Assembly: GCA_964512925.1 (NCBI GenBank)
Contig: CAZEKH010000003.1
Coordinates: forward strand, 80,772-144,771
Origin: an uncultured Candidatus Saccharibacteria bacterium
Lineage (GTDB): Bacteria > Patescibacteriota > Doudnabacteria > UBA920
DNA: 64,000 nt
Direction of reading: 5' to 3'
Shown here: positions 1 through 10,887 of the stretch, piece after piece
Position numbering within the stretch: position 1 is the stretch's first letter
Layout of the letters: each line of letters begins with the position of its first letter
Position numbers and translations under genes: made by a program
Notes under the pieces: generated by a model
Database searches by the model: none
Told to the model about the DNA's origin: nothing
What the model saw: the letters and a program-made list of their open reading frames with translations, nothing else

Positions 1-826
1 CCTGTCCGAATTTCAAGCCGAAATTTTTTAAAAAATTTCCATATTCGGATTCGGTTAACTGCGCGTTTTTAAAAAAAGATCCGGCATTGCCAAATTTTGC
101 TTGGGTTGGAAAAGGATATTTTTTGTCTCGAATTTTTGTCACAGCTTCCCTGATTTTTTTTAGCAGGATTTTTTTATTTTTAATTTCTATCAATTCAGGG
201 TTGTTTTTTAAATCCCGATAATCCAAAACCGGCTTTGGTAAAACCGACAAAGAAAAAGTAATATAAAATATAATATATTTTCCTTTTTGGCTTGTGTTAA
301 ATATGCTTTTTCTATATTCAAAACCACAGTCTTTATTTAATATTTCTGAAATCTGGTGGGTCTGTGTGTTAAAAACCGTTACGGATTTTACGATATTTTT
401 TGCTTCTTGTCCGTATGCCCCAACATTTTGAACGGCAATAGCGCCCGCAGATCCCGGGATATGAGATAAATTCTCCATTCCCCACCAGCCGTTTTTTACC
501 GCAAAATCAACCACCCCATCCCAATTTTCTCCAGCCGCGACTTTTAGAAATACCCGGTTAGGGCTAAGGGCTAAGAGTTTAGGGCTAAGAGTTATAAATT
601 CAATTCCCTTGTTCACAATTCGCACTACCAGCCCCTCGTAGCCTTTGTCGGAAACAAGTAGATTACTGCCTCCGCCAAGCACAAACACCGGCACTTTTTT
701 TTCTTTTGCAAACTCAAAAGCCGCCAAAGCGTCAAACTGGTCAGTTGCTTCACAAAAATACCTAGCCGGCCCGCCAATCTTGAAAGTCGTATACGGCGCC
801 AATAAAATGTTTTCCAAAATTTTCAT
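1..826 (-). CDS. murB: UDP-N-acetylenolpyruvoylglucosamine reductase (runs off window start)
   Basis: Manual translation from ATG at 826: MKILENILLAPYTTFKIGGPARYF...VLGGGSNLLVSD...IPGSAGAIAVQNVGAYGQE, typical MurB motifs. Confidence 0.93.
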   Translation of the reverse strand, partial: MKILENILLAPYTTFKIGGPARYFCEATDQFDALAAFEFAKEKKVPVFVLGGGSNLLVSDKGYEGLVVRIVNKGIEFITLSPKLLALSPNRVFLKVAAGENWDGVVDFAVKNGWWGMENLSHIPGSAGAIAVQNVGAYGQEAKNIVKSVTVFNTQTHQISEILNKDCGFEYRKSIFNTSQKGKYIIFYITFSLSVLPKPVLDYRDLKNNPELIEIKNKKILLKKIREAVTKIRDKKYPFPTQAKFGNAGSFFKNAQLTESEYGNFLKNFGLKFGQ

Positions 827-1299
827 TATATATTTGACAGGCTTTCAAACTTATCTGATAAAGCTTCAATAACGAGATAAATATCAGCCTCGTCTTTAAA
901 TCCATCTTCTTTTAATTCCAACAAAGCTTTAAATATAAAGAGCGCTTTATAATCATCATCAATAAAACCGTTTTCTTTTTTTGCTATACTTGCAACTTTA
1001 TTCCCAAAAAATTTATATAGTGAACTGAATTTGGTATCTGGTTGTAGGTCGTTGCTTTTTAGGCCGTTTTCAAAAAAATTTAAGGCTATTAATAATTCTT
1101 TTTTTCTTTGTGCAACTTTACTTTTTTGCTCTGCTAGCAATGAATCCAATTGTGCTTTTTCTGCATTTTCAGCAAAAAATTTATCATACTCTTCTGCTTT
1201 GCGCATTTCTTCTAAAAAGTCTTTTTGCGAAAATTGTTGTCTGTACTCGGCATCTATTTTGGATATAGTTTGATTTAAATCGGGATCCTCAAATTCCAT
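826..1299 (-). CDS. hypothetical protein
   Basis: 157-aa ORF packed within the mur operon; no recognisable motif. Confidence 0.65.
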   Translation of the reverse strand: MEFEDPDLNQTISKIDAEYRQQFSQKDFLEEMRKAEEYDKFFAENAEKAQLDSLLAEQKSKVAQRKKELLIALNFFENGLKSNDLQPDTKFSSLYKFFGNKVASIAKKENGFIDDDYKALFIFKALLELKEDGFKDEADIYLVIEALSDKFESLSNI

Positions 1300-1315
1300 A
1301 AAATAATAAACTTAA

Positions 1316-2782
1316 TTAAATTATCTCCTTAAATTCATAAGCCAAACGGTTGAACGCGCCGACTGCCATAACAACAATCACGTCTCCGGGCTTGGCTTCG
1401 GTTTTGAGTATATTTAGCGCTTCTTGTTTGTCTTTTACTTTTCTTACCTGCTTAGTGTTTGTCGATAAGCGGCTTTTAATTTCTTTAACCACTTCTTCGG
1501 AAGTTATATTGCCTGCCTGAATTTTTTCGCGGGCCGGATAAATCTCAGAGATTAAAACTTCGTCTGCATCTTCAAATGCTTCAGTTAATTCATTTAAAGT
1601 CGCTTTGGTTCGAGAAAAGGTGTGCGGTTCAAAGACAGCCCAAAGTTTAGGGTTTAGAGCTTGGGGGTTGGGGTTTAGTAATCCTGAAAAATATTTAAGG
1701 CGGGCGGCAGCCAGGGTTTCTTTTACCGCTGTCGGATGGTGAGCATAATCGTCAATGATTGTAATGCCGTTTTTTTCCGCCACCAATTCAAATCTTCTTT
1801 TAATGCCTCTAAAAGCCAAAACCTCTAAAGCCAGCTGTTCTGGTTTAAAACCCAAAACTCTCAAAGAGGCAACACAAGCTAAGGCATTGTAAACATTTAT
1901 TTTGCCTGGCAATTGGGTTTGATAATCTTCGGTCAAACTTAAAATTTGGGCGGTTTCGTCTTTGGAAAATTTATTTAAAACTTCAAATTTAGTGTACTGT
2001 CCATATTCTATATGCTCAACTTTAAAATCCGCATCGTTGTCAATGCCAAAACTTACGGTATTGCACGGAGCTTCTAAAGCCAATTTAGCGAGATGGATGT
2101 TGTCGGCGTTATAAACCAAAATTCCGTCTGGGGGTAGAGAATTTATCAAAAGTCTGAATTCCTCTTCCAAAGCTTCAAAACTTTCAAAAACATCCGGGTG
2201 GTCATACTCCAAGTTGGTTAAAACCAATATATCCGGTTTGTAAAAATGGAATTTCGGGGTCGGGTCGTCAAATTCTTCTTTGTATTCATCGCCCTCAAAA
2301 ACAAAATAATGTCCTTCGCCTTTATAAAAATTGGTATTTTGGCCTTGAAAAACTCCGCCGGTAAAAAAAGAACTGTCGTCTAAGGTTTTCAAAACACTGC
2401 CTAAAAAACCCGTAGTGGTGCTTTTGCCGTGCGTGCCGGTAATCACTATCCGAATTTTATCCGCTGCCAGTGTATGCAAAAATTTTCCCAAGCCGCAATG
2501 GGCCTTTAAATTTTCATATATCCATTTTACTTCCGGATTTAAAAACGTTTCTCCGGCAGAGATTACAAACAAATCAGCGTTTGAATTTTTTGCATTCTCC
2601 GCATTGTAGCCGGTAAAGTATTGGATGTGATTTTTGTCCAAAACATCTTTAGCCGGATTGTAAATTTCTTTGCTATCTGAACCTGAAACCTTCAGTCCGC
2701 TTTGCGCGGCAAGCCCCGCGGCCGCGGACATCCCGATGCCGCCGATGCCCACAAAATATACTGTATTTGCATTTATATTCAT
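1316..2782 (-). CDS. murC: Mur ligase, MurC/Mpl family
   Basis: GIGGIGMS, ITGTHGKSTT, EGDEY, DDYAHHPT, FEPHTFSRT motifs; could be Mpl-like rather than MurC. Confidence 0.8.
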   Translation of the reverse strand: MNINANTVYFVGIGGIGMSAAAGLAAQSGLKVSGSDSKEIYNPAKDVLDKNHIQYFTGYNAENAKNSNADLFVISAGETFLNPEVKWIYENLKAHCGLGKFLHTLAADKIRIVITGTHGKSTTTGFLGSVLKTLDDSSFFTGGVFQGQNTNFYKGEGHYFVFEGDEYKEEFDDPTPKFHFYKPDILVLTNLEYDHPDVFESFEALEEEFRLLINSLPPDGILVYNADNIHLAKLALEAPCNTVSFGIDNDADFKVEHIEYGQYTKFEVLNKFSKDETAQILSLTEDYQTQLPGKINVYNALACVASLRVLGFKPEQLALEVLAFRGIKRRFELVAEKNGITIIDDYAHHPTAVKETLAAARLKYFSGLLNPNPQALNPKLWAVFEPHTFSRTKATLNELTEAFEDADEVLISEIYPAREKIQAGNITSEEVVKEIKSRLSTNTKQVRKVKDKQEALNILKTEAKPGDVIVVMAVGAFNRLAYEFKEII

Positions 2783-3687
2783 ACAGATTTTACAGTTAAT
2801 AACTGCTCAATAACCGGCAAATATTTTTCCGCATATGCCCTGCCCTCCTCATAGTATATACGAAAAGTGTCCTGCGATAAATTGACTTTTGAAGTTTTTA
2901 AATCTTTCATAGTGATCGTCAAATCAGCCGGCCTGTTCGGCTTTTCAAATAAATTTTCGTTTTCCAAAGAAATTTGCAGGCTTTTTTCAATCACGGAAAA
3001 AATATCGTCTTCAAAGCCGTTATGTTTCTGTCCCAGCAAAGCCTTGACTTTTCCCGGCAAAGCTGCCAGTTTTTTTAAACTGTGGAAAAAAAACTTCGGA
3101 AGAACCCTGCCTGTCGCGAAATATTTATGAGCCTGAAGATTTATTTCCACCACAACATCCGGACCAAACCCGGACAATAAATCCGAAGGCAAATAAGTAA
3201 AAAGGCCCGCGTCAACCAAAATCTTATTTCCCCACTTAACCGGCTCAAACAGCCCAGGAAAAGCGCAAGACACAGTCGCGGCTTGGGCAATACTGCCCAT
3301 ACAAAGCGAAACTTTTTCACCAGAATTTATATCTATGGCCCCAAAAACCAGCTTAGTTTTAACATCCTCAAAAGTTTTACCTCCGGTTACCAGCTCCAAA
3401 TCCTCAGCAACCTTTTGTAAACTGTAAAGCCCGCTGCCGTTTCGGCTTTTTACCAAATATAGGTCTTTCATTGTGTTAAAATCCAACTGTAAAGCTTTGT
3501 TTTTTAGAATAGGTAATGTTCCGCATACATAAGCCGCCGAAACTAGCGATCCCCCGCTGCAAGCGGAAATATAATCTATGTCAACATTGTTTTCGGCTAA
3601 CACTTCCAAAAAACCTATATAAAAAGTGCTTCTGTTTCCAGCTCCGGAAAATGCCAAACCCAAAGTTGCTTTTCTTTTATTTATCAT
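2779..3687 (-). CDS. patatin-like phospholipase
   Basis: LAFSGAGNR glycine loop, variant nucleophile elbow ACSGG, DAG motif. Confidence 0.85.
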   Translation of the reverse strand: MINKRKATLGLAFSGAGNRSTFYIGFLEVLAENNVDIDYISACSGGSLVSAAYVCGTLPILKNKALQLDFNTMKDLYLVKSRNGSGLYSLQKVAEDLELVTGGKTFEDVKTKLVFGAIDINSGEKVSLCMGSIAQAATVSCAFPGLFEPVKWGNKILVDAGLFTYLPSDLLSGFGPDVVVEINLQAHKYFATGRVLPKFFFHSLKKLAALPGKVKALLGQKHNGFEDDIFSVIEKSLQISLENENLFEKPNRPADLTITMKDLKTSKVNLSQDTFRIYYEEGRAYAEKYLPVIEQLLTVKSV

Positions 3688-4771
3688 TTTGAGCCAGCGC
3701 TGTGATTAAATCAGCTACTGTTTCCGCCGCATTATGCGGCATAATTTTTTTTATGTTCTCCTGCATTACAAGTTGGTATTTATGGTCAAACATTAATTTT
3801 CGTATAAGCAAAGGAAAATTTTCAGGTTTTAAAAATTGTTGAGGCGCGAACAACGCCGCCTGCTTTTGTTCCAAATATATGGCATTAAGTTCCTGATGAG
3901 ATCTGGGCATTGGGACAATAATTGCCATTTTTCCCAAAACTGATAGCTCTGAAATTGTTGAAAGCCCGGCCCTGCAAACGACAAAGTCCGCGGCTTTATA
4001 AATTTCAGGCATATTGTCCGAAAACTCAATCTGAACATAATTTCTTCCGACGACATCTTTAGTTTTACCCTTGCCGGTAATATGACAAACTTGAACTATG
4101 CGGCATAACTCTGGTAAACACTCCCAAACCAAATTATTTAGGTATTCAGATCCTGTTCCTCCCCCCAAAACCAGTAGTACGGGCAAATCGTCTGAAAAAT
4201 TCAAACAAGCCCTGGCCTCCCTTGAAGTTTTTTTTATTTCAAGTTTTCTGGTCGGATTTCCGGTAAATATAATTTTTTCCGACTTATTTTTGAAAAATAT
4301 TCCACTGCCGGAATAAAAATGTTTTAAGGACAAAGGAAAAGTTACTGTAATTTTTTTTGCAAAAAATTGACAGAGTTTATTTGACCAGGACGGCACGATA
4401 TCCTGCTGATGGATAACGGAAGGGATGCCAAACAACTTTCCCGCCCAAATAACTGGAACCTGAACAAAACTCCCGGCCGCAAAAATGCAGTTTGGGCGAA
4501 ACTTGCGTATGATTTTTATCGCCTGGAACATACCGTAAAAAAACTCAAAAAAAGTTCCGGCATTTTTCAATGAAAAATAGCGGCGCCATTTGCCAGCGCT
4601 GATAGGTAAAAACGGCACATTCAAAACTTCACACATTTCTTTTTCCGGCCCATATTTGGTGCCGACAAATAAAAATTCGGCATTCGGTTGCTTTTCTTTG
4701 ATTTTTTCATAAACAGCCAAAAGGGGCGAAGTCGGGCCTCCGCTGCCGCCGCCAGCTAGCAAAATTTTCAT
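3677..4771 (-). CDS. murG: lipid II GlcNAc transferase MurG
   Basis: AGGGSGGP, TGNP, LGGGTGS, RAGLSTISE, HQELNA motifs. Confidence 0.92.
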   Translation of the reverse strand: MKILLAGGGSGGPTSPLLAVYEKIKEKQPNAEFLFVGTKYGPEKEMCEVLNVPFLPISAGKWRRYFSLKNAGTFFEFFYGMFQAIKIIRKFRPNCIFAAGSFVQVPVIWAGKLFGIPSVIHQQDIVPSWSNKLCQFFAKKITVTFPLSLKHFYSGSGIFFKNKSEKIIFTGNPTRKLEIKKTSREARACLNFSDDLPVLLVLGGGTGSEYLNNLVWECLPELCRIVQVCHITGKGKTKDVVGRNYVQIEFSDNMPEIYKAADFVVCRAGLSTISELSVLGKMAIIVPMPRSHQELNAIYLEQKQAALFAPQQFLKPENFPLLIRKLMFDHKYQLVMQENIKKIMPHNAAETVADLITALAQNDK

Positions 4772-5913
4772 AATTGTTTGCTTAAATTGTTATTTTCCGC
4801 CGATGTTTCCAAAATCCTTAAAGTTTTTTCCGCGCAATTTTTCCAATCAAAAATAAGACTTCTTTTCCAACTTTTTTCCTTAACTGTTTGAAAAAAATCA
4901 GCGTCTCTGGCAAGCAAATTCATTTTTTCCGCAATGTCATTGGTGTCCAACCCGTCAAAATACACAGCCGCATCGTCATATATCTCGTTAAAAGTCTCGG
5001 TATTAGCCGCGAGTAGGGGCAAGCCAAAGCTCATCGCTTCCACCCCGGGCAGCCCGAATCCTTCGTTCATTGAGGCGGAAACATAGGCATAGGCCGAAGC
5101 ATACAATGCCGACAACTCAGGGTCGGAAACTTCGCCTGTAAACACCAAACGGTTTTTATGTTTAATATCCATAGCATGATGTCTAATATCAGGATAATGC
5201 TTATCGGTTTTTCCGGCAATGACAAGATCAAAGTCATAACCGTATTTTTCAATAAAAATATCAAACCCTCTGCATAGGTTTATTAAATTCTTCTTTCTCT
5301 CCAAAGTGCCGACAAAAAGAAAAAACGGCCTGCGCAAAATATATCTGGCTTTTACTTCTTCAACGAATTTTTCTTCCGGCTTGTTTAACATAGTAAAACC
5401 TTCATACACAACTGAAATTTTTTGCGGATTTACGTTCAAAAATTGTTCTATGTCTTTTTTTGCAGATTCAGAAACAGAAATCACGGCCGCTGAACGACGA
5501 GCGGCGTTTTGAATTACTTTTTTATACGCCCAAAAATGTAGTAGTCTGCTTTTTTTTGCGCCACTGATTTTATGATGCACCAAATCATGAATTGTCACAA
5601 CAAAGGGATGTGGGCATTTTATGGGTACATTAAAATTGGGGAAAAACATCAAATCCAAGGGAGTTTTTTTTAGCAGTCTCGGATAACGTATTTGTTCCGC
5701 CAAAGAATAGTGTTTGATGTTAGCGGGAATCAATTCGGCATTTTTGTATTTGTCCGTGATTTTTAAAAGCAATACCGAATCCGTTTGGTTATAAAATATT
5801 TTATAGGAATTTTTAGAGTCAATATTTAAAAGTCCGGCCAAGAGTTCCTGGCTGTATCTGCCTATCCCGCCGTTTTTAAATCCGATAAGTCTTGCGTCAA
5901 ATCCAAAAATCAT
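4768..5913 (-). CDS. glycosyltransferase family 4
   Basis: VTIHDL, EGFGLPGVEAM; ATG at 5913 overlaps the upstream stop. Confidence 0.9.
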   Translation of the reverse strand: MIFGFDARLIGFKNGGIGRYSQELLAGLLNIDSKNSYKIFYNQTDSVLLLKITDKYKNAELIPANIKHYSLAEQIRYPRLLKKTPLDLMFFPNFNVPIKCPHPFVVTIHDLVHHKISGAKKSRLLHFWAYKKVIQNAARRSAAVISVSESAKKDIEQFLNVNPQKISVVYEGFTMLNKPEEKFVEEVKARYILRRPFFLFVGTLERKKNLINLCRGFDIFIEKYGYDFDLVIAGKTDKHYPDIRHHAMDIKHKNRLVFTGEVSDPELSALYASAYAYVSASMNEGFGLPGVEAMSFGLPLLAANTETFNEIYDDAAVYFDGLDTNDIAEKMNLLARDADFFQTVKEKSWKRSLIFDWKNCAEKTLRILETSAENNNLSKQL

Positions 5914-7034
5914 ATATTCATAGCTTGAAATATTTGGCAAATTTTTTCCGCGGATCTCCGCCAGGAAAAATCACCTGCTCTTTGCCGGCCCTTTTTAACC
6001 AAATTATCTCTTAATTCTTTGTCTAAAAAAATTCGGCTCACTGCTTCCGATATTTGCCTAAAATCAAAAGGGTTTATAAGCAAAGCTCCGCCGCCAGCCA
6101 CTTCGGGCAGGGAGCTAAAGCTGGATGTGACCACGGGGGTTTTTGTAAAAAAACTTTCCAATACCTGAAAGCCAAAACCTTCATAATACGAAGGATAAAT
6201 CAAAACTTCAGCAGCGGCAATCAGAGCTTGTTTATCCGATTCTTTGACATAACCTAAATAATGTATTTTTGATTTTTTCTTATGCTGAAGAAGTTCTTTA
6301 AAAATTTTTCCCGCTTTCCATCCTCGTTTTCCCGCAATCACCAAATAACAATCATCGTCCAGAAGGGAAAATGCGTTTAAGACGGAACTTAAATTTTTTC
6401 GCGGCTCAATGGTATTTAAAAATAAGACAAACCTGCCAGGCAGCGAGAGCCTATTTCTGGCGCTTTTGATCGCTTCGCCCATATCTTGTTCACCCAGTTC
6501 CAAAAAGTCGGTTGCCGGATATACAACTTGCAGCTTACTGTCCGGAATATTAAATATTTTTTTCAAATCATTTTTGGTGGACTCGGAAACCGGCAAAAGC
6601 ATATCAGCCCGGGCGAATGAATTTTTATAATTAAGCAGCTTATGCCAAACCTTTCTTTTAAAGTCATAAAATTGCGGCATTATAATCGGCGACAAATCGT
6701 GGACTGTAACAACCACTTTAACATGCTTTTCAACATTAAATTGGTTTAAATTCGGCATAAATAAAATATCAATTTCGCCCAAAAATTTTTCCAATTTAAC
6801 TATTTTAAACATCAATAGTATGTTTAAAAGCTTATTTGGCCAGCGGATATGCTTAAATGTTGAGTTAATAAACTGAAATTGCTGAAAGTCCGGTTTTTTT
6901 AGACCGGTATAAAACAAAACATATTGATTTTTTCTATCAACCGTTAAAAGACCTTCTACGACATTTTTCGTATAGTTTTCCACTCCGGATATGGAGCCTG
7001 ATGACAGGCTTCTGAGGTCAACAGCCACTTTCAC
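5910..7034 (-). CDS. glycosyltransferase family 4
   Basis: TVHDLS, EPRKN, PSYYEGFGFQVLE. Confidence 0.9.
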   Translation of the reverse strand: MKVAVDLRSLSSGSISGVENYTKNVVEGLLTVDRKNQYVLFYTGLKKPDFQQFQFINSTFKHIRWPNKLLNILLMFKIVKLEKFLGEIDILFMPNLNQFNVEKHVKVVVTVHDLSPIIMPQFYDFKRKVWHKLLNYKNSFARADMLLPVSESTKNDLKKIFNIPDSKLQVVYPATDFLELGEQDMGEAIKSARNRLSLPGRFVLFLNTIEPRKNLSSVLNAFSLLDDDCYLVIAGKRGWKAGKIFKELLQHKKKSKIHYLGYVKESDKQALIAAAEVLIYPSYYEGFGFQVLESFFTKTPVVTSSFSSLPEVAGGGALLINPFDFRQISEAVSRIFLDKELRDNLVKKGRQRAGDFSWRRSAEKICQIFQAMNI

Positions 7035-7040
7035 AAATAT

Positions 7041-8141
7041 TTAAAAATTTTTTAATATTTCCAAAATCCTTTTTTTAAACACTTCAGTTTCAAATTTTTT
7101 TGCTTGTTTTTGCAAATTTTGAATTAAATACTTTTCAGAATCCCAGTTTAAAATCTTTTGCTTAATACTCTCCTTGTCGTATGTTCTAAAAAATTCGCCC
7201 GTAACACCCTCAATGACCGTTTCCAAAGCCCCGCCCAGCCCATAAGCCAGAGTTGGGGTGCCGGCCGCGCCTGCTTCCAGGGGCATAAGCCCGAAATCTT
7301 CCAGCTGAGGATATATAAGGGCTTTAGCTCCCCTATACTGAGTTTTTAATTCTTCATCAGAAATTTTGCCTAAAAACTTAATATTATCTTTTGCTATCAA
7401 ACGCAAGTATTTTTCCTGCCTGCCTGAGCCCGCAATATGAAGCGGTATTTTCAAATCATTGAATATTTCGATTATTAAATCATTTTTTTTATGCGCTTGC
7501 AGCCTGCCGGCTAAAAGAAAATATGTTCTATTGCGAATTTCCGAATCACCGCCAGTTGCCCAAAAATCAAAATTTATTGACGGATATATCACTACGCTGT
7601 CCCGATTGTAGAATTTTTTTATCCGGTTTTGAACTTCTTTTGAATTAGCTATCAAAAAATCAATTTTTTTTACGCCATTTAAATCCCATTTTTGCATCCA
7701 ATTGATAAATACCTTCGCAACAGGCCTTAAAATATACGGCACTTCTTGTTTTATGTATTCTTTTTCTATCCATAAAAACCTTGTGGGACTATGACAAAAA
7801 CTGATGTGTTTGGCTCCGACTTTTAACTTAATGTTGCGGATAAATCCGGAGCTGGAAGAAATGACCAGGTCATAAGCCCTTAAATCCAGACTCTCTGCCG
7901 CGAAAGGAATCAATGGGAGTAAAAATTTAATATGCGGAACAAGCCTATAAACCGCGTTCAACCAGGTTGTCCGAATGTCCCAACCTTGGTATTTTTGCCT
8001 GTTTTTTTCGTCAAACACCAAAGTATAGACCGGCGAATTTGGAAACATCTCGTGCAAAATATCCACTACCCTTTCCGCTCCACCCATTTGGGTTAAACTA
8101 TCGTGTATTAAAGCAACATTTATTTTCGTATTTTTGTGCAA
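7041..8141 (-). CDS. glycosyltransferase family 4
   Basis: ALIHDSLTQMGGAERV, EDFGLMPLEA; likely TTG start at 8141 (ORF is open to 8243). Confidence 0.88.
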   Translation of the reverse strand: MHKNTKINVALIHDSLTQMGGAERVVDILHEMFPNSPVYTLVFDEKNRQKYQGWDIRTTWLNAVYRLVPHIKFLLPLIPFAAESLDLRAYDLVISSSSGFIRNIKLKVGAKHISFCHSPTRFLWIEKEYIKQEVPYILRPVAKVFINWMQKWDLNGVKKIDFLIANSKEVQNRIKKFYNRDSVVIYPSINFDFWATGGDSEIRNRTYFLLAGRLQAHKKNDLIIEIFNDLKIPLHIAGSGRQEKYLRLIAKDNIKFLGKISDEELKTQYRGAKALIYPQLEDFGLMPLEAGAAGTPTLAYGLGGALETVIEGVTGEFFRTYDKESIKQKILNWDSEKYLIQNLQKQAKKFETEVFKKRILEILKNF

Positions 8142-8158
8142 ATTCGTATTCGTAAAAT

Positions 8159-9595
8159 TTAATAATTTTCTTTGGGTTTTTTTGCAAAAAATAAAAACCA
8201 AAAACTCTTTGCCAAGATTTTTAAATCGCGTATAAACGACCAATTTTCAATATAGTAAGTGTTGAGGCGGATTTCTTCTTCAAAAGGCAAATCCGGCCAA
8301 GTCAGCTGCGCCAGCTGCGAATAACCGAAAATTCCCGGCTTTATTGAAAACATTCTTCGATAGCGATTGCGGTATTTGTCAACTTCATCCAATACATGAG
8401 CCCTGGGGCCCACCATACTCATATCTCCCTTTAAGACATTCCAAAACTGAGGTAGTTCGTCAAGCTTTGTTTTTCGTAAAAATTTTCCTACTTTTGTAAC
8501 TCTCGGATCATCTTTGATTTTTAAAAAAGGCCCGCTTTCCCCTCCTCGGCTGTTTTGTTGCCATAACTCTTTTCTTACTTTCTCAGCCATCTGCCCCCCA
8601 TATTCATCACCTACGGACAAGTGGCTGAACATTGTCCGGAATTTGTAAAAACGAAAATCTTTTTTACAACCGCCCCTCATAGCCGAATAAATAACTTTTC
8701 CACGACTATTAAATTTCACGGCTAAAGTGATGATTAAAAAAAGCGGGGCTGTTAAAATCAAACATAAAATGGAAGCAAAAACATCGAAAACTCTTTTTGC
8801 GACTTTACCCCAGCCGTCTAAAGGAGTATTTTTTAACAATATCAAAGGTACCCCGCCTAACTCGGTGGTCTCCACCGAATTCCTTTGCACTTCAAACAAA
8901 TTCGGTATAAAACTGAATTCCAGGCCTTTGTTTCGGCAAAATTCAACCAATTTTAAATTATCTTCTTCGGGCAAAGATGAATCAGATTGCAATATTTCAT
9001 CAAAACCCGGATTTTCATAAAGTTTTTCCAAAACAATCCAGATGTTGTCGTCAAAAGAGGTTTCCTTTAAAACCCAAAAGCCCAAATTTTTATTTTTAAA
9101 ATATTGCCTTAAAAAATCCAAAGAACTTTCTTTTTTATACACAACCACAATTCTATGTTGTCCTATGCCTTTTTTAAACAAAAATTCCTGAAAAAGCTTC
9201 AAAGAAAAACGTCCCAAAACAACAAAAAATATTCCTAAAATCCAAGTAACCAAAATAATGAATCTTGAAGGAAAAATTGATTGGTCGAAGAAAAACAGCA
9301 GTATCACGACCAACAGACCCAGCGAAACCCCTATCAAGATCTGCTTTAACTCGGATAAAAATTTCCTGGTGCCTTTCAGACCGTATAAGCCAAGTAAAGC
9401 AAAAATAACTACAATAAAAGGCACTATTTTACAAGCCGTTATTACAAATTGGTGGAAATCCAACTCGTATAAAATCGGTTTAGAAAAAACCTGTGGATTT
9501 TTCCTCAAAAAAAAGGCGGTAACCCCGGCCAAAATGAGCATCGCCCCATCAAAAGGCACGGAAACAAAATTAAATATCAATTCTGATTTTTTCAT
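8159..9595 (-). CDS. polyprenyl-phosphate glycosylphosphotransferase (priming sugar transferase, WbaP/WcaJ-like)
   Basis: N-terminal TM helices; KFRTM, DDPRVTKVGKFLRKTKLDELPQFWNVLKGDMSMVGPR. Confidence 0.93.
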   Translation of the reverse strand: MKKSELIFNFVSVPFDGAMLILAGVTAFFLRKNPQVFSKPILYELDFHQFVITACKIVPFIVVIFALLGLYGLKGTRKFLSELKQILIGVSLGLLVVILLFFFDQSIFPSRFIILVTWILGIFFVVLGRFSLKLFQEFLFKKGIGQHRIVVVYKKESSLDFLRQYFKNKNLGFWVLKETSFDDNIWIVLEKLYENPGFDEILQSDSSLPEEDNLKLVEFCRNKGLEFSFIPNLFEVQRNSVETTELGGVPLILLKNTPLDGWGKVAKRVFDVFASILCLILTAPLFLIITLAVKFNSRGKVIYSAMRGGCKKDFRFYKFRTMFSHLSVGDEYGGQMAEKVRKELWQQNSRGGESGPFLKIKDDPRVTKVGKFLRKTKLDELPQFWNVLKGDMSMVGPRAHVLDEVDKYRNRYRRMFSIKPGIFGYSQLAQLTWPDLPFEEEIRLNTYYIENWSFIRDLKILAKSFWFLFFAKKPKENY

Positions 9596-9643
9596 ATTTG
9601 GCTTATATTATAGCATTTTTATTGATGAAAGCCAAATTTACAC

Positions 9644-9672
9644 TTGACAAAAATACAAAAATGTATTAAAAT
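9644..9672 (+). promoter_or_regulatory. sigma70 promoter of rnpB
   Basis: TTGACA-17 nt-TAAAAT ending 6 nt before the RNase P P1 stem. Confidence 0.75.
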
Positions 9673-9678
9673 ATATCA

Positions 9679-10064
9679 GCTTTAAGCAAATCGTATAATC
9701 GCTTAACCCATAGCCTTGCTATGGGTTGGGAGGAAAGTCCGAACACTTGGTTGATAGTCACTTAAGAATTATCAACACTGGTAGCGGGTAACACCCGTCT
9801 GGAGTAACTCCGATGTAAAAGTCGGAGCCAAGCCACGAGATGCGAACAGAAACGGTTGCGCGCGAAAGCAAGCAACCGCCCTATACCTCAAGCTTTGCTA
9901 AATGGTATAGGGCGATCTCCAAAAGTAATTTTGGAGGTGAAACGGCTAAATTCTTACCTGAGTGCAAGGCCAAATTTGGTAGGCTGCTTGACCCTTCTGG
10001 CGACAGACAGGGCAGATAGATGATTATATAAAAACAGAATTCGGCTTATGAGTTTGCTTAAAGC
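9679..10064 (+). ncRNA. rnpB: RNase P RNA
   Basis: GAGGAAAGTCC, ACAGAAAC, GGTGAAACGG, GCAAG, AACAGAATTCGGCTTA; ends GCTTTAAGCAAA and TTTGCTTAAAGC pair as P1. Confidence 0.95.
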
Positions 10065-10107
10065 AATTTTAAAACCCTCCCGATATATTGGAAGGGTTTT
10101 AAAATTT
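10065..10107. terminator. hairpin terminator between convergent rnpB and SIMPL gene
   Basis: AATTTTAAAACCCT-CC...GG-AGGGTTTTAAAATT inverted repeat. Confidence 0.7.
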
Positions 10108-10113
10108 GTGTTG

Positions 10114-10887
10114 CTATTTGACTTCAAAGGTCACTGTAACGGTTTCCACTAAATCCTGTTGTCCTGGCTGAATGTTCGGAGAACCCGCTTCCAGGCCTGA
10201 GGATCCACCCCCTCCGCCCTTTCCATAATCCATATAAGGCATTGGGAAATTTGAGGTATAATTTTCAGCAATATTTACAACTTTACCAATCTTTAAGCCT
10301 GACACTTTCGCCAAATCCTGGGCCTTGGCCTTGGCTTTCTCAATTGCCAGCTTTTGAGCCTGCATTTTCATCGCATCAGGGTCCTCAAAACCCAAAGTAA
10401 CTCCGTCAATTTGGTTTGCCCCTTGCTCCAAAGATCCTCTTAGTACCTTGTTTAAAGCTTCTGTTGATTTGTCAACTTGCTTGATTTTTATGACAATGGA
10501 CTGGTTTAACTGGTATCCGGTTATTAGATTTTTTCCGTTCGTATAGTCATATTGTGGATAGATATTAAACTGCGAAGTGGAAATGTCGTCTTTATTGACT
10601 CCGACAGACTTTACAAATTCCACGATTTTTTTTATTTTTTCGCTATTTTCCGCCTGCACATTAGCCGGATTTGCCCCTTGGGTAACAACACCCAAAGATA
10701 CAGTGGCTAAATCCGGAATAGCCTTAACTTTGCCTTCGGAAGTGACAGCCATAGTTTTTTGCGGATATATTTTACCAGACCACTTATCCGCTAAATCCTG
10801 ACCTTTGCCAATAAAAATTAGCCCCAAAACCCCTGCTAAAAGCACCAAACTCACCTTTGCGGCTTTGCCGCTTAAAATTTCGTTCAT
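10114..10887 (-). CDS. SIMPL (DUF541) domain protein
   Basis: N-terminal anchor; VTSEGKVKAIPDLATVSLGV, GANQIDGVTL, KAKAKAQDLA, IQPGQQDLVETVTVTFEV. Confidence 0.9.
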   Translation of the reverse strand: MNEILSGKAAKVSLVLLAGVLGLIFIGKGQDLADKWSGKIYPQKTMAVTSEGKVKAIPDLATVSLGVVTQGANPANVQAENSEKIKKIVEFVKSVGVNKDDISTSQFNIYPQYDYTNGKNLITGYQLNQSIVIKIKQVDKSTEALNKVLRGSLEQGANQIDGVTLGFEDPDAMKMQAQKLAIEKAKAKAQDLAKVSGLKIGKVVNIAENYTSNFPMPYMDYGKGGGGGSSGLEAGSPNIQPGQQDLVETVTVTFEVK